64,000 nucleotides of DNA, taken from Eledone cirrhosa (lineage: Eukaryota). Positions 1-46,219 of the stretch are shown one piece after another. Both the position numbers and the translations under genes were made by a program. The stretch is from NCBI GenBank assembly GCA_964016885.1, contig CAXHJY010001334.1, positions 1-64,000 on the forward strand, in the 5' to 3' direction. Every line of letters starts with the position of its first letter. The stretch's first letter is position 1. Below the pieces are notes generated by a model that was not told the DNA's origin, made no database searches, and was given only the letters and a program-made list of their open reading frames with translations.

Positions 1-5066
<5,066 letters not shown>

Positions 5067-5068
<2 letters not shown>

Positions 5069-8000
5069 ACTTTGAATAACTTTGAATAACTTTGAAATCG
5101 TTTTGGCCAGTATTGGCCCAGGCCATGTCTAACTTAATAGCACCACCTGGCGAAGTCTTTCAATTCAGGATTTGGGCACCATGGCCCATTCGAGAAGAGA
5201 ATTACTGTTTGCGGAGACATATCCGGGTGTGGGTGGTTTGTCCGGGATTACTTGGAGGAATTTGTCCAAAGACTTCTTGAATTTTGTGTGGTCAGTTTCT
5301 GTTTTGACGTGTCCTGGTGTGATGTTGAAGAGAGCAGGGCCGATTGAGGTGAAATAATTGTGCCGTATTGTTGTTATGAGTTGCGATTTAGATTTTTGAA
5401 TGGGACGGATAGCACGGGGCCCAAGCCTTGGGTGTATCTTGAAGGCGATGCCAACATCATTTGGGCAGTGATGATGGAACATTTTCCACATCATGCAGAT
5501 AATATAACGCTCACGGCGACGTTGGAGTGAGTAAAGTTTCAGGTTTTCCAATCGACCCCAGTAGTCAAGGTCTGACATGCCATCTATCTTTTTCGTGATT
5601 GCCCTTTGAGGAGCTTCAAGTTTCATGATACTTTGTTTCGTGTGGGGAGACCACAGTGGACAACAGTATTCAAGGTGTGGTCGGGCGAAAGTAGAGAAGA
5701 GAAGGATAATGGTGCGGGAATCTCTCGACTGGAAGGTTCTGAGGATCCAGGAACACATTCTGCGGGCCATGTCAACTTTGCTGCTTATATGCGTGGTCCA
5801 GCTTATGTTGCTGTCCACGGTTACTCCCAAGTCTCTGATGTTGTTAGATGCCACGAGAGTTTCCCCGGAGGGAAGGGAGTACGGGAGTTTCAGAGCATCC
5901 TCTTTTCCAAAGTGGATCAGTTCGAATTTGTCTTCGTTCAGTAACATGTTGTTCTTTTCTGCCCATTGGGTAACAGCCAGTAGGTCTGACTGAAGGCTTA
6001 TCCGGTCATCCACGCCATTGATGACCTTTTGGAGCTTGGAATCATCAGCGAAAATTTTAATGTTGCTGTGTTTGATGATGTCAGTGATGTCATTAATATA
6101 GATGATGAAGAGAAGTGGGCCCAACACAGTGCCTTGTGGGACTCCACTACTGACTTTGGCTGGGCTTGATTTGACTCCCTCAACTACAACATGTTGGGTT
6201 CTGTTTGACAGGAAGCTCTTGATCCACTGCAGCAGCTTTCCAGTGACACCAATATTGGACAGCTTTCTCAGTAGAATGTTATGATCAACCCTGTCAAAGG
6301 CCTTGCTGAAATCAAGGTAGATAACATCAGTGTTGGAACCCTCTCCCAAGGCTCTCAAAATGTCATCAAAGTGATGCAGTAGTTGCGTCAGGCAATCCCT
6401 TCCATTACGGAATCCATGCTGGTTGGAGTTCAGCATATTGTTACTCTCAAGGAAGTGGGTCATTCGCGATCTCACCACTCGCTCAAATACCTTAATGATA
6501 TGAGAGGTGAGTGAGAGGACGGTAATTCACGGCAAGGGATTTGTTTCCCTTTTTGAAAACTGGGACAACAGACTGGGATAGAAGGTTTTCTGGCACATAT
6601 CCAGCATCCAGTGAGTTCCGCCACAGATTGGCAAGAGGAGAAGCAAGTTGGTGTTGACACGCCTTCAAGACACAAGCAGGGAACCTATCGGGACCTACTG
6701 CTGAATTATGCTTGATTTCCTTTATTGCCGCCAAGACATCAGGGGCGCCAAACGTTATGTCCGATAAGGTGTAATGGGGAGTAACATCGCCGATACAGCC
6801 CAGATCGGCCATATCAGGATTGCTGAAAACAGAGCAGTATTGTTTCTGCAGTATCTCACCCATGGTTTTAGCATTGTCCTTGAAGAGTGCCATTTTCATC
6901 AATTAGAGGGCCAACAGTAGAGCCAGTGATTTTGTGTTTTTTTGCAAATGAAAAGAACACTTTGGGATTGAGTTTGATCTTCTCAATGGCCCAGGCCTCT
7001 TCAGCTCTTCTCTGATTGTTGATGAGGGACATTATGTTGTTTTGGAGGTTATGTTTTTTAATCTCTAGTGATGAAATGGCAGTCAAGTTGATGTGTTGCT
7101 GCTGACAGTATTTCAGATTGTTGATTTTTTTTTGTTCGTTCTCTTAATTTTTCTGATGAGCGTTTTTCTATTTCTAGGGATTCTGCTCTTAGATTTGTTT
7201 ATAGTTCTTAATGGGGTGTGTTTAGCACATATGTTTGTAACAGTGTCCACAAATGTCTGCCAGGACTTTTTGATGTTAGTGGGTGTATGAGTGTGCGTGA
7301 AGGACCAGTCGACATGTGCAAGATCATGACTGATCGCTTCCCAGTTTGCATTGTGGAAATCCATAGCGTCAAACGGATGGACAGGAGAAATGACATTGGG
7401 TTTGTATATTGGACGGTGGAATCTCAGATCACAGAGAACCATGTCATGATCAGAGAGTAGAGTTTTCTCCACTGCAATATTGTGGATATTGTCAGTGTGA
7501 TTGCTGAAAATTAAGTCTAGGACGTTTTTGTGGCACCTCGTTGGTTCGAGCACTAGTTGGGATAGGAAGAAATCATCCATGAAGTCAAGAAGCGATTCCA
7601 CAGCTTCCCTGTCAGAGGTTGAGGCAGAAGAACCTGGTGGCAGGGTGTTTGTGGACCAGTCAACTCCGGGGAGGTTGAAGTCCCCCATCATTAAGATGTT
7701 GTCAGGGTGACACTCTTGGATGAAACACTTTATGCTGTTGAGGCATTCCTTGAAGCATGGTACAGGCGTTTGGGGTGGCCTATAGAGCCCAACTACTAAT
7801 AGGTTGTTGGTTTGACTGAATACAGTGACTGCCTCACAGTATCCATTAGTGAATATGTTCATAGCCTCTGTTGAGAAAGAATTATGGACATAAATGGCAG
7901 TTCCGCCCTTTCTTCTGCCAGCGCGATCAGCACGGATGGCTTTGAAATTTTTCACTTTCACCTCGGCTTCCAAGTGGAGGTTACTGAGATGGGTTTCAGT

Positions 8001-8308
8001 GAGGACAAAGAAAGGGATGTGGTTTGGATGGACATCAATCCAGTCCTCCAGGAATTTGATTTTCCATTTTTGAGTATTGGTGGTAGGGCTGATGCCTTGG
8101 GCGTTAAGCAAAAATGTAGAGGCGAGAGTGGATGGTTTTAATTGTTTTGGTGTGTTGTTAATTTGTTTGTTTGTTAATGGCAGCAATGGGAGTTTGTGCA
8201 GTGGGGTGATAGTGGAGGGTGGTGCTGGGTGATGGCTCGAATGTTTTTTTCCAGTTCTTTTGCCAGATTCATTATGGCTAAAAAAGAGGAAGTTTCCTGT
8301 TTAGAAGA
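5067..8308 (-). mobile_element. CR1-group (Jockey/CR1/L2 superclade) non-LTR retrotransposon; ORF2 (APE endonuclease + RT) broken by frameshifts
   Basis: APE motifs in 7113-8186 (LNAQG, LTETHL, GLYRPP, MGDFNLP, LDLIF, SDH). RT in 5165-6478 ([46 protein letters not shown]). Linker pieces 6868-7086 and 6492-6902 are in other frames. The 3' end is a (TTCAAAGTTA)x3 tandem tail at ~5067-5096. Confidence 0.92.
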
Positions 8309-9188
<880 letters not shown>

Positions 9189-9590
9189 GGTGGCTGCCAA
9201 CTCGTTCTCGAGTACGGCCACTACTTTATATCCATGTAGGAGAACCCCTACCAATGCGCTGAACGAGTGTGACTTTTTAGTCCAGCCTGCGACTTGAAAA
9301 CTCTGGTACAAACACTACACTTGTGACAATTATTGACACATAGTGCTGGGCCCATGGTAGCATGTGATGACAAGTGTAGAGAGATCTCCAGATATAAAGC
9401 AATGCCTGTGCCGTGAAACTTTTATAGTGAGCAAAGGCACTGCACAAAGCCAGTCCCACTCTCTTAACCAAGATGATATTTACCAAAAAGAAGAACAAAT
9501 CAACATCATTGGATACCATCAGGGTTGCAGGTGTTATATCAGAGCTTTCCTTCTCCTAGAATTCTGCCTTGACAAAGGCTAAGGGGTCAT
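9189..9590 (-). mobile_element. Short retroelement 3' fragment (RTE-like), copy 1
   Basis: Minus strand reads [23 protein letters not shown] (C2H2 finger like RTE ORF C-termini, ~9248-9320), then a short 3'UTR running into a microsatellite tail; highly similar to 9987-10414. Confidence 0.6.
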
Positions 9591-9952
9591 ATATATACAT
9601 ACACGTATATATACATACACATATATACATACATACACGTATATATACATACACGTATATATATATATACACATATATGCATATATACATACACGTATAT
9701 ATTCATACACGCATATATACACACACGTATATATACATACACGCATATATACATACACGTATATATACATACACGCATATATATACACATACATGTATAT
9801 ATATACACACACGCATACAGAAATATACATACATGTGTATACATATATACATATACATACATACATGTATACATATATACATACACACACATATACATAC
9901 ATATATACATACATATATACATACATATATACATACATATATACATATATAT

Positions 9953-9983
<31 letters not shown>

Positions 9984-9986
9984 CAT
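9591..9986. repeat. (TACA/TATA/CA) compound microsatellite
   Basis: Directly visible. Confidence 0.95.
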
Positions 9987-10414
9987 GGTGGCTGCCAACT
10001 CGTTTTCGAGTACGGCCACTACCTCATATCCATGTAGGAGAACCCCCACCAATGCGCTGAACGAGTGTGACTTTTTAGTCCAGCCAGCGACTTGAAAACT
10101 CTGGTACAAACACTACACCTGTGACAATTATTGACACATAGTGCTGGGCCCATGGTACCATGTGACGACAAGTGCAGAGAGATCTCCAGATATAAAGCAA
10201 TGCCTGTGCCGTGAAGCTTTTATAGTGAGCAAAGGCACTGCACAAAGCCAGTCCCACTCTCTTAACCAAGATGATATTTACCAAAAAGAAGAACAAGTCA
10301 ACATCATTGGATACCATCAGAGTTGCAGGTGTTATATCAGAGTTTTCCTTCTCCTAGAATTCTGCCTTGACAAAGGCTAAGGGGTCATCTCTCCCGGTGA
10401 TTTTGGATGGCCAT
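9987..10414 (-). mobile_element. Short retroelement 3' fragment (RTE-like), copy 2
   Basis: Direct repeat of 9189-9590 with scattered substitutions and the same C2H2 remnant. Confidence 0.6.
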
Positions 10415-10432
10415 ATGTATATATATATATAC

Positions 10433-11824
<1,392 letters not shown>

Positions 11825-11829
11825 TACAT

Positions 11830-11862
<33 letters not shown>

Positions 11863-11867
11863 AATAC

Positions 11868-11898
<31 letters not shown>

Positions 11899-11921
11899 AA
11901 TACATATATATATATATATAA

Positions 11922-11982
<61 letters not shown>

Positions 11983-12307
11983 CATCAGTTTAGCGGACGC
12001 TTATTATAACGCCGCTTTGTTCGTTTGTAAACAAACTGAACAGCCTGAATATGCAAATTAGGCTGCTCAGCCGTTAATTTTCATAAGGAAAGTATATACT
12101 TTCGAACGTTCAACTATCTGGCGGATGGGTATACGGTGCTGATGATAGCTAACAAGCTTGAAACTAGTACATCGTTCCTGTGTCAGTGTTGAACAAAAAG
12201 GTGACGTGGTTGCCTTAACACCATATGGCATAAATTCAGGCTGTTCAGTTTGTTTACAAACGAACAAAGCGGAGTTATAATAAGCGGCCGCTAAACTGAT
12301 GCGTGCA

Positions 12308-12347
<40 letters not shown>

Positions 12348-12818
12348 TGCTACTGTACATCTGTATACATATATGTATGTACGTATACATACATACTTAC
12401 ATTTAAGTAAGTGCCATACTAAGAGTGAGAAATGAAATTTCGTTTTCATTTTATTTCAACCTATCGTTTTCGGTATGCCTGACCGATTTAACTCACTCAA
12501 TATGCAAATTTGGCTGCTCAACCGTTAATTTTCATAAGGAAAGTATATACTTTCGAACGTTCGAACACCGTATGGCATAAATTCAGGCTGTTCAGTTTGT
12601 TTACAAACGAACAAAGCGGCGTTATAATAAGCGTCCGCTAAACTGATGCGTGCATATATGTATGTGTACCTGTATGTATATATATATATATATATATATA
12701 TGCATGCTACTGTACGTCTGTATACATATATGTATGTACGTATACATACATACTTACATTTAAGTAAGTGCCATACTAAGAGTGAGAAATGAAATTTCGT
12801 TTTCATTTTATTTCAACC
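11983..12818 (+). repeat. ~451-bp-period tandem repeat (unit 1 12048-12498, internally deleted unit 2 12499-12818) plus an inverted 68-bp piece at 11983-12050; hammerhead-containing
   Basis: AATATGCAAATT(A/T)GGCTGCTCA recurs at 12048 and 12499; 11983-12050 is the reverse complement of ~12581-12648. Confidence 0.85.
12133..12175 (+). ncRNA. Minimal type I hammerhead ribozyme (predicted)
   Basis: ACGGTG-CTGATGA-T-AGCT(AACA)AGCT-T-GAAA-CTAG-TA^CATCGT: 6-bp stem I, 4-bp stem II, palindromic stem III ACTAGT, GUA cleavage triplet after 12169. Confidence 0.8.
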
Positions 12819-13836
<1,018 letters not shown>

Positions 13837-14356
13837 ATATTGTTATATTTGGGGAGGGTCATATTTGCGTAATATTGCCAGAATTAATAACAGAACACAC
13901 TCACTGTTTGGTTGGTTTTCGCTTCTCGCTGTCTTTTATATATATATATCTGCGATCTAACTTACTCGGTCCTCAATGTTGCCATTGACTGACCGGCGGT
14001 CAAAAATAATACAGATACAATATAGACAAACACATATATATATAGTTTACATAAATCTTTCGTTGCACATCTGCAACATCGTCAGTGGTGTTATATTCAT
14101 TGTTCCTCCTGTTGTGTTGTATGTCTACGCCATTTTTTTGTTCAGTCTGTCTATATATTTATTTATTTATTTGCTTGTTTGTTTATCTTATTTTATTTTG
14201 TCTTCTTTGCGCATGCGTTTGCGTGTGTGTATAGTGTTATGTGTGATGTGTGACTAGTGTGGATAGTGTTGTGTCTGCTGGGTGACTGGTGTGTGTTTAT
14301 GTGCTTGTGTATGTATTTATTTATCTTATTTTATTTAATTTAATTTACTTATTTAT

Positions 14357-15163
14357 TTATACTTCTCTTAGGTCAGTGTTGTTTGTTTGGGTGTTGTTGT
14401 TGTTCCACTCATTCTTTCTGTTTAGCTTTGGTCTTCTAATTTCTATTTCACTGGCCTCTCTGATTTGCCTATCTGCTGGGTCATTCCTATGTTTAGATAT
14501 TATTCTAATTTCTATGTTGTCTATGTTACCGTCATGATGTTGTCTAGCATGTTCGTATAGTACTGACCCGTTTTTTCGTCCTTTTAGTTCCCCCCAGTGT
14601 TGGTCTATCCTTTCACCTATGCTACGAGCTGTCTCACCTATGTATGTTGTTGTCGTGTTTCTGCAAGTACCCTCTGTACATCTTATGCTATAGACTACGT
14701 TTCTAGTTTTACAGTTTATCCGGGGGTTCACCTTACATATGATACATTTCCTATTGGTACAGTGGGTTTTCTTAAAAGGGTAGGTTTTGCTGATCAGGGA
14801 TTTTATGGTGGTTCCTGGCTTTTCTACCACCTTTATTTTTAAGTGGGTCTTTCTCAGGGCCTTTCTACACTGGTTAGCTAATTTCCCTCCAGGGGTGGCG
14901 TCCACAAACATGACACTCTGATATCTCTGGTTGTCGTACCATGATGTGGCCTTCCCTATCTTATGTCTAGCCCTATCTAAGCTATTCCATGATTTGCTCC
15001 TGTATAGTGGGCAAATTCCTTTCATGTCCAGTTCTATGAGGGTCTTATACTTTTCCATGGCTCCTTCGTATACTCTGACTCTGTCTCTTTGGTTGTAGCC
15101 AGAGAACTGCATGCGGTTGATGAAGTGTTGGATGTGTCCTTCCATTTCTGTTGGGTCGCACAT
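14357..15163 (-). pseudogene. Inverted duplicate of the PLE thumb/GIY-YIG coding region
   Basis: Translation is identical to the C-terminal 268 aa of the + strand ORF. Confidence 0.85.
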
Positions 15164-15166
15164 GCA

Positions 15167-16519
15167 ATAGGGGCTAGTATCAAAACTACCCTAAAGGGCC
15201 ACATATTTAAGTTCAATGAGAAAATCTACACCCAAAATGAGGGAGCAGCCATCGGCGTCAGCATAGCTGGCGATGTTGCCAACCTTTTCATGGTATGGTG
15301 GGAAAGGAGACTTAAAGATCTCCTTAATGAAAGCTCCATAGACCTCATCATGTACTCTCGTTATGTAGACGATATCAATATAGTTATAAGAACACCCCCA
15401 CTAGAGAGCACTAACAAGTTTGATTTAGAACGTAGCACGATGGAAAGCATCCAGCAGATAGCTAATTCCATACACCAGAGTATAACTGTAACTATAGACT
15501 TCCCTTCCAAACACCCTAACAATAGACTACCTGTATTAGACACAGAACTCTGGATTAACACTATAGACGAGAGAGCCCAAATTCTCCACTCACACTATGC
15601 TAAACCCATGGCCTCCAAATACCTGATACTCAAAAACTCAGCAATGTCCAGTAGTGCTAAGTTTAATATTCTGATCGCAGATTTGGTACGAGTGATGAAG
15701 AATGTGTCCAGCATGTGCGACCCAACAGAAATGGAAGGACACATCCAACACTTCATCAACCGCATGCAGTTCTCTGGCTACAACCAAAGAGACAGAGTCA
15801 GAGTATACGAAGGAGCCATGGAAAAGTATAAGACCCTCATAGAACTGGACATGAAAGGAATTTGCCCACTATACAGGAGCAAATCATGGAATAGCTTAGA
15901 TAGGGCTAGACATAAGATAGGGAAGGCCACATCATGGTACGACAACCAGAGATATCAGAGTGTCATGTTTGTGGACGCCACCCCTGGAGGGAAATTAGCT
16001 AACCAGTGTAGAAAGGCCCTGAGAAAGACCCACTTAAAAATAAAGGTGGTAGAAAAGCCAGGAACCACCATAAAATCCCTGATCAGCAAAACCTACCCTT
16101 TTAAGAAAACCCACTGTACCAATAGGAAATGTATCATATGTAAGGTGAACCCCCGGATAAACTGTAAAACTAGAAACGTAGTCTATAGCATAAGATGTAC
16201 AGAGGGTACTTGCAGAAACACGACAACAACATACATAGGTGAGACAGCTCGTAGCATAGGTGAAAGGATAGACCAACACTGGGGGGAACTAAAAGGACGA
16301 AAAAACGGGTCAGTACTATACGAACATGCTAGACAACATCATGACGGTAACATAGACAACATAGAAATTAGAATAATATCTAAACATAGGAATGACCCAG
16401 CAGATAGGCAAATCAGAGAGGCCAGTGAAATAGAAATTAGAAGACCAAAGCTAAACAGAAAGAATGAGTGGAACAACAACAACACCCAAACAAACAACAC
16501 TGACCTAAGAGAAGTATAA
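15167..16519 (+). CDS. Penelope-like RT (C-terminal part) + GIY-YIG endonuclease, N-terminally truncated
   Basis: QNEGAAIGVS, RYVDD, LPVLD, HYAKPMAS, then CxxC...NVVYSIRC...YIGET.R...R...H...REA.EI..RPKLN. The first ~25 aa of the listed ORF (from 15089) come from the inverted arm. Confidence 0.88.
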   Translation: MGASIKTTLKGHIFKFNEKIYTQNEGAAIGVSIAGDVANLFMVWWERRLKDLLNESSIDLIMYSRYVDDINIVIRTPPLESTNKFDLERSTMESIQQIANSIHQSITVTIDFPSKHPNNRLPVLDTELWINTIDERAQILHSHYAKPMASKYLILKNSAMSSSAKFNILIADLVRVMKNVSSMCDPTEMEGHIQHFINRMQFSGYNQRDRVRVYEGAMEKYKTLIELDMKGICPLYRSKSWNSLDRARHKIGKATSWYDNQRYQSVMFVDATPGGKLANQCRKALRKTHLKIKVVEKPGTTIKSLISKTYPFKKTHCTNRKCIICKVNPRINCKTRNVVYSIRCTEGTCRNTTTTYIGETARSIGERIDQHWGELKGRKNGSVLYEHARQHHDGNIDNIEIRIISKHRNDPADRQIREASEIEIRRPKLNRKNEWNNNNTQTNNTDLREV

Positions 16520-16788
16520 ATAAATAAGTAAATTAAATTAAATAAAATAAGATAAATAAATACATACACAAGCACATAAACACACACCAGTCACCCAGCA
16601 GACACAACACTATCCACACTAGTCACACATCACACATAACACTATACACACACGCAAACGCATGCGCAAAGAAGACAAAATAAAATAAGATAAACAAACA
16701 AGCAAATAAATAAATAAATATATAGACAGACTGAACAAAAAAAATGGCGTAGACATACAACACAACAGGAGGAACAATGAATATAACA

Positions 16789-16828
16789 CCACTGACGATG
16801 TTGCAGATGTGCAACGAAAGATTTATGT
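16789..16828 (+). ncRNA. Hammerhead-like motif in the PLE 3' pseudo-LTR (mirror copy on - at ~14049-14088)
   Basis: CTGACGA-T-GTTGCA(GATG)TGCAAC-GAAA-GATT-TA; core and stem II are good, stem I is only ~2 bp. Confidence 0.5.
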
Positions 16829-17094
16829 AAACTATATATATATGTGTTTGTCTATATTGTATCTGTATTATTTTGACCGCCGGTCAGTCAATGGCAACAT
16901 TGAGGACCGAGTAAGTTAGATCGCAGATATATATATATAAAAGACAGCGAGAAGCGAAAACCAACCAAACAGTGAGTGTGTTCTGTTATTAATTCTGGCA
17001 ATATTACGCAAATATGACCCTCCCCAAATATAACAATATCTGTTTCGACACACGATTTCATATAAAAAACCTCGCAAAACTAATTCATCGCCGC

Positions 17095-17125
<31 letters not shown>

Positions 17126-17140
17126 TTATATATATATATG

Positions 17141-17175
<35 letters not shown>

Positions 17176-17438
17176 TTATATATATATATATATATATGTA
17201 TTTATATATATATATATATATATATATGTATTTATATATATATATATATATATGTATTTATATATATATATATATATATATATGTATTTATATATATGTA
17301 TTTATATATATATATATATATATATGTATTTATATATATATATATATATGTATTTATATATATATATATATATATATGTATTTATATATATATATATATA
17401 TATATATGTATTTATATATATATATATATATATATATG

Positions 17439-17477
<39 letters not shown>

Positions 17478-17986
17478 TTATATATATATATATATATATG
17501 TATTTATATATATATATATATATGTATTTATATATATATATATATATATATGTATTTATATATATATATATATATATATATGTATTTATATATATATATA
17601 TATATATATATGTATTTATATATATATATATATATATATATGTATTTATATATATATATATATATATATGTATTTATATATATATATATATATATGTATT
17701 TATATATATATATATATATATGTATTTATATATATATATATATATATGTATTTATATATATATATATATATATGTATTTATATATATATATATATATATG
17801 TATTTATATATATATATATATATGTATTTATATATATGTATTTATATATGTATTTATATATATATATATATATGTATTTATATATATATATATATATATA
17901 TGTATTTATATATATGTATTTATATATATATATATATATGTATTTATATATATATATATGTATTTATATATATATATATATATATG

Positions 17987-18025
<39 letters not shown>

Positions 18026-18182
18026 TTATATATATGTATTTATATATATATATATATATGTATTTATATATATTTATATATATATATATATATATGTATT
18101 TATATATATATATATATATATATAAATATATATATATAAATACATATATATATATATATATAAATACATATATATATATATA
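17095..18182. repeat. (TA)n-GTATTT microsatellite
   Basis: Directly visible. Confidence 0.96.
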
Positions 18183-18600
18183 TTTTAGTCCAGCATTAAC
18201 GAAGCTTTAGTTCGCGGACAAGCTAACGAATGCAAATTTGGTCTGTAGCTTTAGCACTCGGATAGGGAAAAGTCCCCCAGAGTACTAACAATACGTTTAG
18301 ACAGCTCAGCAAATCAAATATAGCGACTGGCAGTCCAGCCGCATCACTAGAGCAACGAAAATACAGGACTCAGGAAAAGATTTTAGACTGACCCGGACAA
18401 AACATTGAAACTGAATGCAAAATATATAATGCATATCGTATAGCACACGATAAACATCCCATACAGCACACAACATTAGCGCTAGGTTTCTGCAAATCCA
18501 AGATCGACAAATTCCGCTTGCAGGAGTCTGCAAGTTAATGGTTTTTGACGATAGAACAAAGGATTTCCTTCTTCAGCAATCTTGTGTTCTTTAGCCTCTG
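18183..18600. repeat. Dispersed unclassified repeat, also at 40831-41245 with a partial restart at 41479-41562
   Basis: Shared TTTTAGT(C/A)CAGCATTAACGAAGCTTTAG...GCTAGGTTTCTGCAAATCCAAGATCGACAAATTCC. Confidence 0.75.
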
Positions 18601-19236
18601 TGGGTATATATATATATGTGTGTGTGTGTAAAGGTATGTATATTCCCTCTGATAATTTGTAATATTTTTACATAGATCTATATGATATACATACCAACAC
18701 ACATATACAACCTAGAAACGATCGTAAAATGATGAATTTTTTAATATAAGGAACTTGTTCTTTGTTTTTATTTCATTGTTTTTATTAATTTATATATACA
18801 TATATATATATATACTTAAGATATATATATATATACTATGTTTTGCTATAAAAATACGAAGAATCATAATACATAGAGGAGCTTATCAATGGGTGTACCT
18901 GCATATATATATATATATACTCGATGAGGTCAACACTTCTCCTTCTTTATGTCTCTCACACACAAACACACACACTCTCTCTCTCTTTAAACAAACGTTT
19001 TCTCTTTTTATTTATGTACATCTTTTTTGCTTGGCATGCCTCTCTCTATATATAGACGAGGATGACGTCATAACTTTCTGTCTCTCTACCTCTGTCACCT
19101 CAAAAGCACACAACGTTCCCTTTCTTTCTCTATGTACATATCTCTTGCTTGGCATGACCTCTCTCTATATAAAGTGAACATGACAGACAGACAGCGCTCT
19201 TATTATAATATAGATTATTGTTTATTCCCTTTGCAG

Positions 19237-45049
<25,813 letters not shown>

Positions 45050-45477
45050 ACATATCTCTCCATCATAATAAACAATACTCTTACTTTCTCCTCCAGCCTC
45101 TCTCCCCACAAACTCTCATCAACCTTGGGGTATGTATGTCACATTTTTGTTACATCATAACATTGTCACATTGTAGTAGACAGCTATCCAACATGTGATA
45201 TATCTTCAACTAGGCATCTATATTATACCAGATTTCATTTATTGGTGGGCGTTAGAGTCACAGGACACTACATCTTCTCTGTTATACCGTAATCATGTCA
45301 GATCTGTTCTAAGGAGCGAAAGAGAGATATAGAGACTGACGTTTCCATTTTCATTAAATATTAATACAGAATTGTTGTGTAAATATTTTTCCACATCACT
45401 TGCTTTTCCATGTTAAATGAAAATTTATATATATATATAGAATACATGTGTGTATAGAATACATATGTATATGTATG

Positions 45478-45527
<50 letters not shown>

Positions 45528-46219
45528 TGTAATAAACAACATAAGGCAATTATTCCATTTACCAGTGGTTTCTTAAAAGCAAAAGATTTTGCTTTCAATC
45601 CTCAGAATGAAAAAATCCTGGTCTGTTTATTGAATTTGGATTTTACATTTTGTAAAAAAAATCATGTTTTCAAAATTATATTTTTAGTTTGTTCTTATAA
45701 AATAAAAAAAAATGTTATTCATATAAATTTTGAGTTATATTTCATACATAAAAGTGAATGTTTGGATATGTGTGTGAACTCTTGCCGTTTCAACAGCTAC
45801 TTCCAGAGTTTGGAACTTGCTGTTGAAATGGCAAGAGCTCAACCGTTGTATCCCGACTCTTTATAATATAATCATACTCTACTACCCCAAGTATCGAGAA
45901 CTCTGTTGAGTAATGGTCTAACCAGTTTCAAATTGGTTCTATCCTGATTTATATTCATTTTATTAAGGCGAAACATTGAGTCTTGTTACTCTTGAATTTC
46001 ACCTGTTTCTCACAGGATCATTAGATAAGAATTACACATTTAATAATAGGCACAGTAGAGCGTGTGGGACTCCATTTGCTCTTAATCGATGGGGAGGGTG
46101 AGAGAGATGGAAGCGATGGCAGTGGGAGTTCGGCTCCTGTTCGGACCTAGTGTACATGTGTGTGTGTATGTTTTATTTCTATTCATTCGATATTATATGT
46201 TTTTGTAGAGACGTTATAA

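Larger units (their letters stand above)
13837..17039. mobile_element. Penelope-like retroelement: 5'-truncated + strand copy (15166-17039) with an inverted duplicate of its 3' 1.33 kb (13837-15165)
   Basis: Arms 13837-15165 and 15711-17039 are reverse complements. The ORF carries PLE-type RT and GIY-YIG motifs. Confidence 0.92.

Noticed and set aside
18466-18586. Minus-strand CTGAAGA...GAAA with partial stems (also ~41115-41235)
   Set aside because: Both copies read GAAACCTAGCGC, lacking the essential U16.1/NUH site, and stem II closure is poor; not called a ribozyme.
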